From positions 1-5,029 of the IMG/VR virus record IMGVR_UViG_3300015610_000694: a DNA stretch of 5,029 nucleotides; one strand, 5' to 3'. This document shows, one piece after another, positions 4,584 through 5,029 of this stretch; the stretch's first letter is position 1, and each line of letters starts with the position of its first letter. A model generated the notes under the pieces. It did no database searches. It was not told the DNA's origin and worked only from the letters and a program-made list of their open reading frames with translations. This DNA is from a virus. The position numbers and the translations under genes are program-made.

Positions 4584-4668
4584 TGATGCCAGGGAATACG
4601 CCAAATGTCGTGAGCGCCACAACGCGCTTGTGGACGTGGTGAACGAAATCGAAAGGCAACTGAAATGA
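4405..4668 (+). CDS. o-spanin (Rz1/LysC-like lipoprotein), 87 aa, overlapped architecture
   Basis: MCRLILAACLIAACLTGC is a lipoprotein signal with an LTGC lipobox. The mature start is Pro-rich (PAQGPTVRVPAELKQECPPLP). The gene starts inside the Rz-like gene in another frame and extends 85 nt beyond it, as in P2 lysB/lysC. GC3 in the overlap is about 73 percent, against about 56 percent for the Rz frame. Confidence 0.75.
   Translation: MCRLILAACLIAACLTGCETLSIAPAQGPTVRVPAELKQECPPLPMTDGSLANLARLAVDDAREYAKCRERHNALVDVVNEIERQLK
4554..4578 (+). repeat. three tandem copies of CCTCGCG at 9-nt period
   Basis: CCTCGCG occurs at 4554-4560, 4563-4569 and 4572-4578. It encodes PRE-PRA-PRG at the extreme C-terminus of the Rz frame and LAN-LAR-LAV in the Rz1 frame. 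Confidence 0.85.
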
Positions 4669-5029
4669 ACAACCGAGTAATCCTCGTCAGTTGCGCTATT
4701 GCCGCGCTGACGGGTTGCGCAACTCCCGACTTCAAGGCGCAGCTCGATACTTACAAAGCCGTGGAAACCAAGCGCGCCGACGAAAAGGCGGAGAAGTACA
4801 AAGCGCTATCGGCCATCGCAACCGGAGCAGATGCGGCTACGAAACAGGTCGCATTACAGGCTTGGCAAGCGGTCGCTATGGTTGATTCCCTCGGGAACGG
4901 ATCAACACAGGCGCAGGCCATGCCGCAACCGCCAGCAACCGCGTTTGACAAGACCTTGCAGGCAATCAGCATCGTGGCACCGGTCGCAGCCAGCATTACC
5001 GGTAGCGTGATGTCCTACAAGCTCGGCAC
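4665..5029 (+). CDS. putative lipoprotein, 3' end outside the window (not in the supplied ORF track)
   Basis: ATG 4665 overlaps the Rz1 stop as ATGA. There is no stop through the window end (121 codons). MNNRVILVSCAIAALTGC has an LTGC lipobox. A hydrophobic stretch, ISIVAPVAASITGSVM, lies near the window end. Confidence 0.6.
   Translation, partial: MNNRVILVSCAIAALTGCATPDFKAQLDTYKAVETKRADEKAEKYKALSAIATGADAATKQVALQAWQAVAMVDSLGNGSTQAQAMPQPPATAFDKTLQAISIVAPVAASITGSVMSYKLG

Noticed and set aside
4154-4996. Track ORFs 4154..4417 (+), 4691..4885 (+), 4367..4735 (-), 4398..4622 (-) and 4751..4996 (-)
   Set aside because: All overlap the spanin and lipoprotein genes in other frames or on the other strand, are Arg/Gly/Ser-rich, and lack signals. 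The spanin and lipoprotein frames have clear TMD and lipobox features.
1-5029. CRISPR arrays, IS elements or transposase genes, integrase or att sites, and obvious defence operons
   Set aside because: No spaced direct-repeat array, terminal inverted repeats flanking a transposase-sized ORF, or nuclease/ATPase-sized genes are present. The window is filled by small phage nin, regulatory and lysis genes.

Overview
The window reads as the right arm of a lambdoid-type prophage from a moderately high-GC proteobacterium. Every supported gene is on the + strand, and most are chained by 4-nt stop/start overlaps (ATGA, GTGA, TTGA). In order: the 3' part of a phage C5 DNA methyltransferase; a small lipoprotein; a nin-like block (a Cys-rich miniprotein, a DUF1367-like protein, a YbcO/DUF1364-like putative nuclease, and one or two more Cys-rich miniproteins); a Q-like antiterminator candidate; and two small paralogous winged-helix proteins. 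Next comes a ~210-nt non-coding stretch holding a weak sigma70-like promoter, a long hairpin, an initiator-tRNA-like element with anticodon CAT but no foldable T arm, and a UUCG-tetraloop intrinsic terminator. The lysis cassette follows: a class II pinholin-like holin, a second 2-TMD protein, a GH24 endolysin, a 64-aa soluble ORF, a 37-aa TM ORF absent from the ORF track, an overlapped Rz/Rz1 spanin pair, and a further 3'-truncated lipoprotein. No CRISPR array, IS element or convincing minus-strand gene is visible. The points most worth following up are the tRNA-fMet-like relic or decoy inside the presumed Q-controlled late leader, the two extra small genes between endolysin and spanins, a lipoprotein with a u-spanin-like layout, and a dual-frame region in the nin block. 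All functional calls come from motif recognition by eye and gene order. No database search was run.
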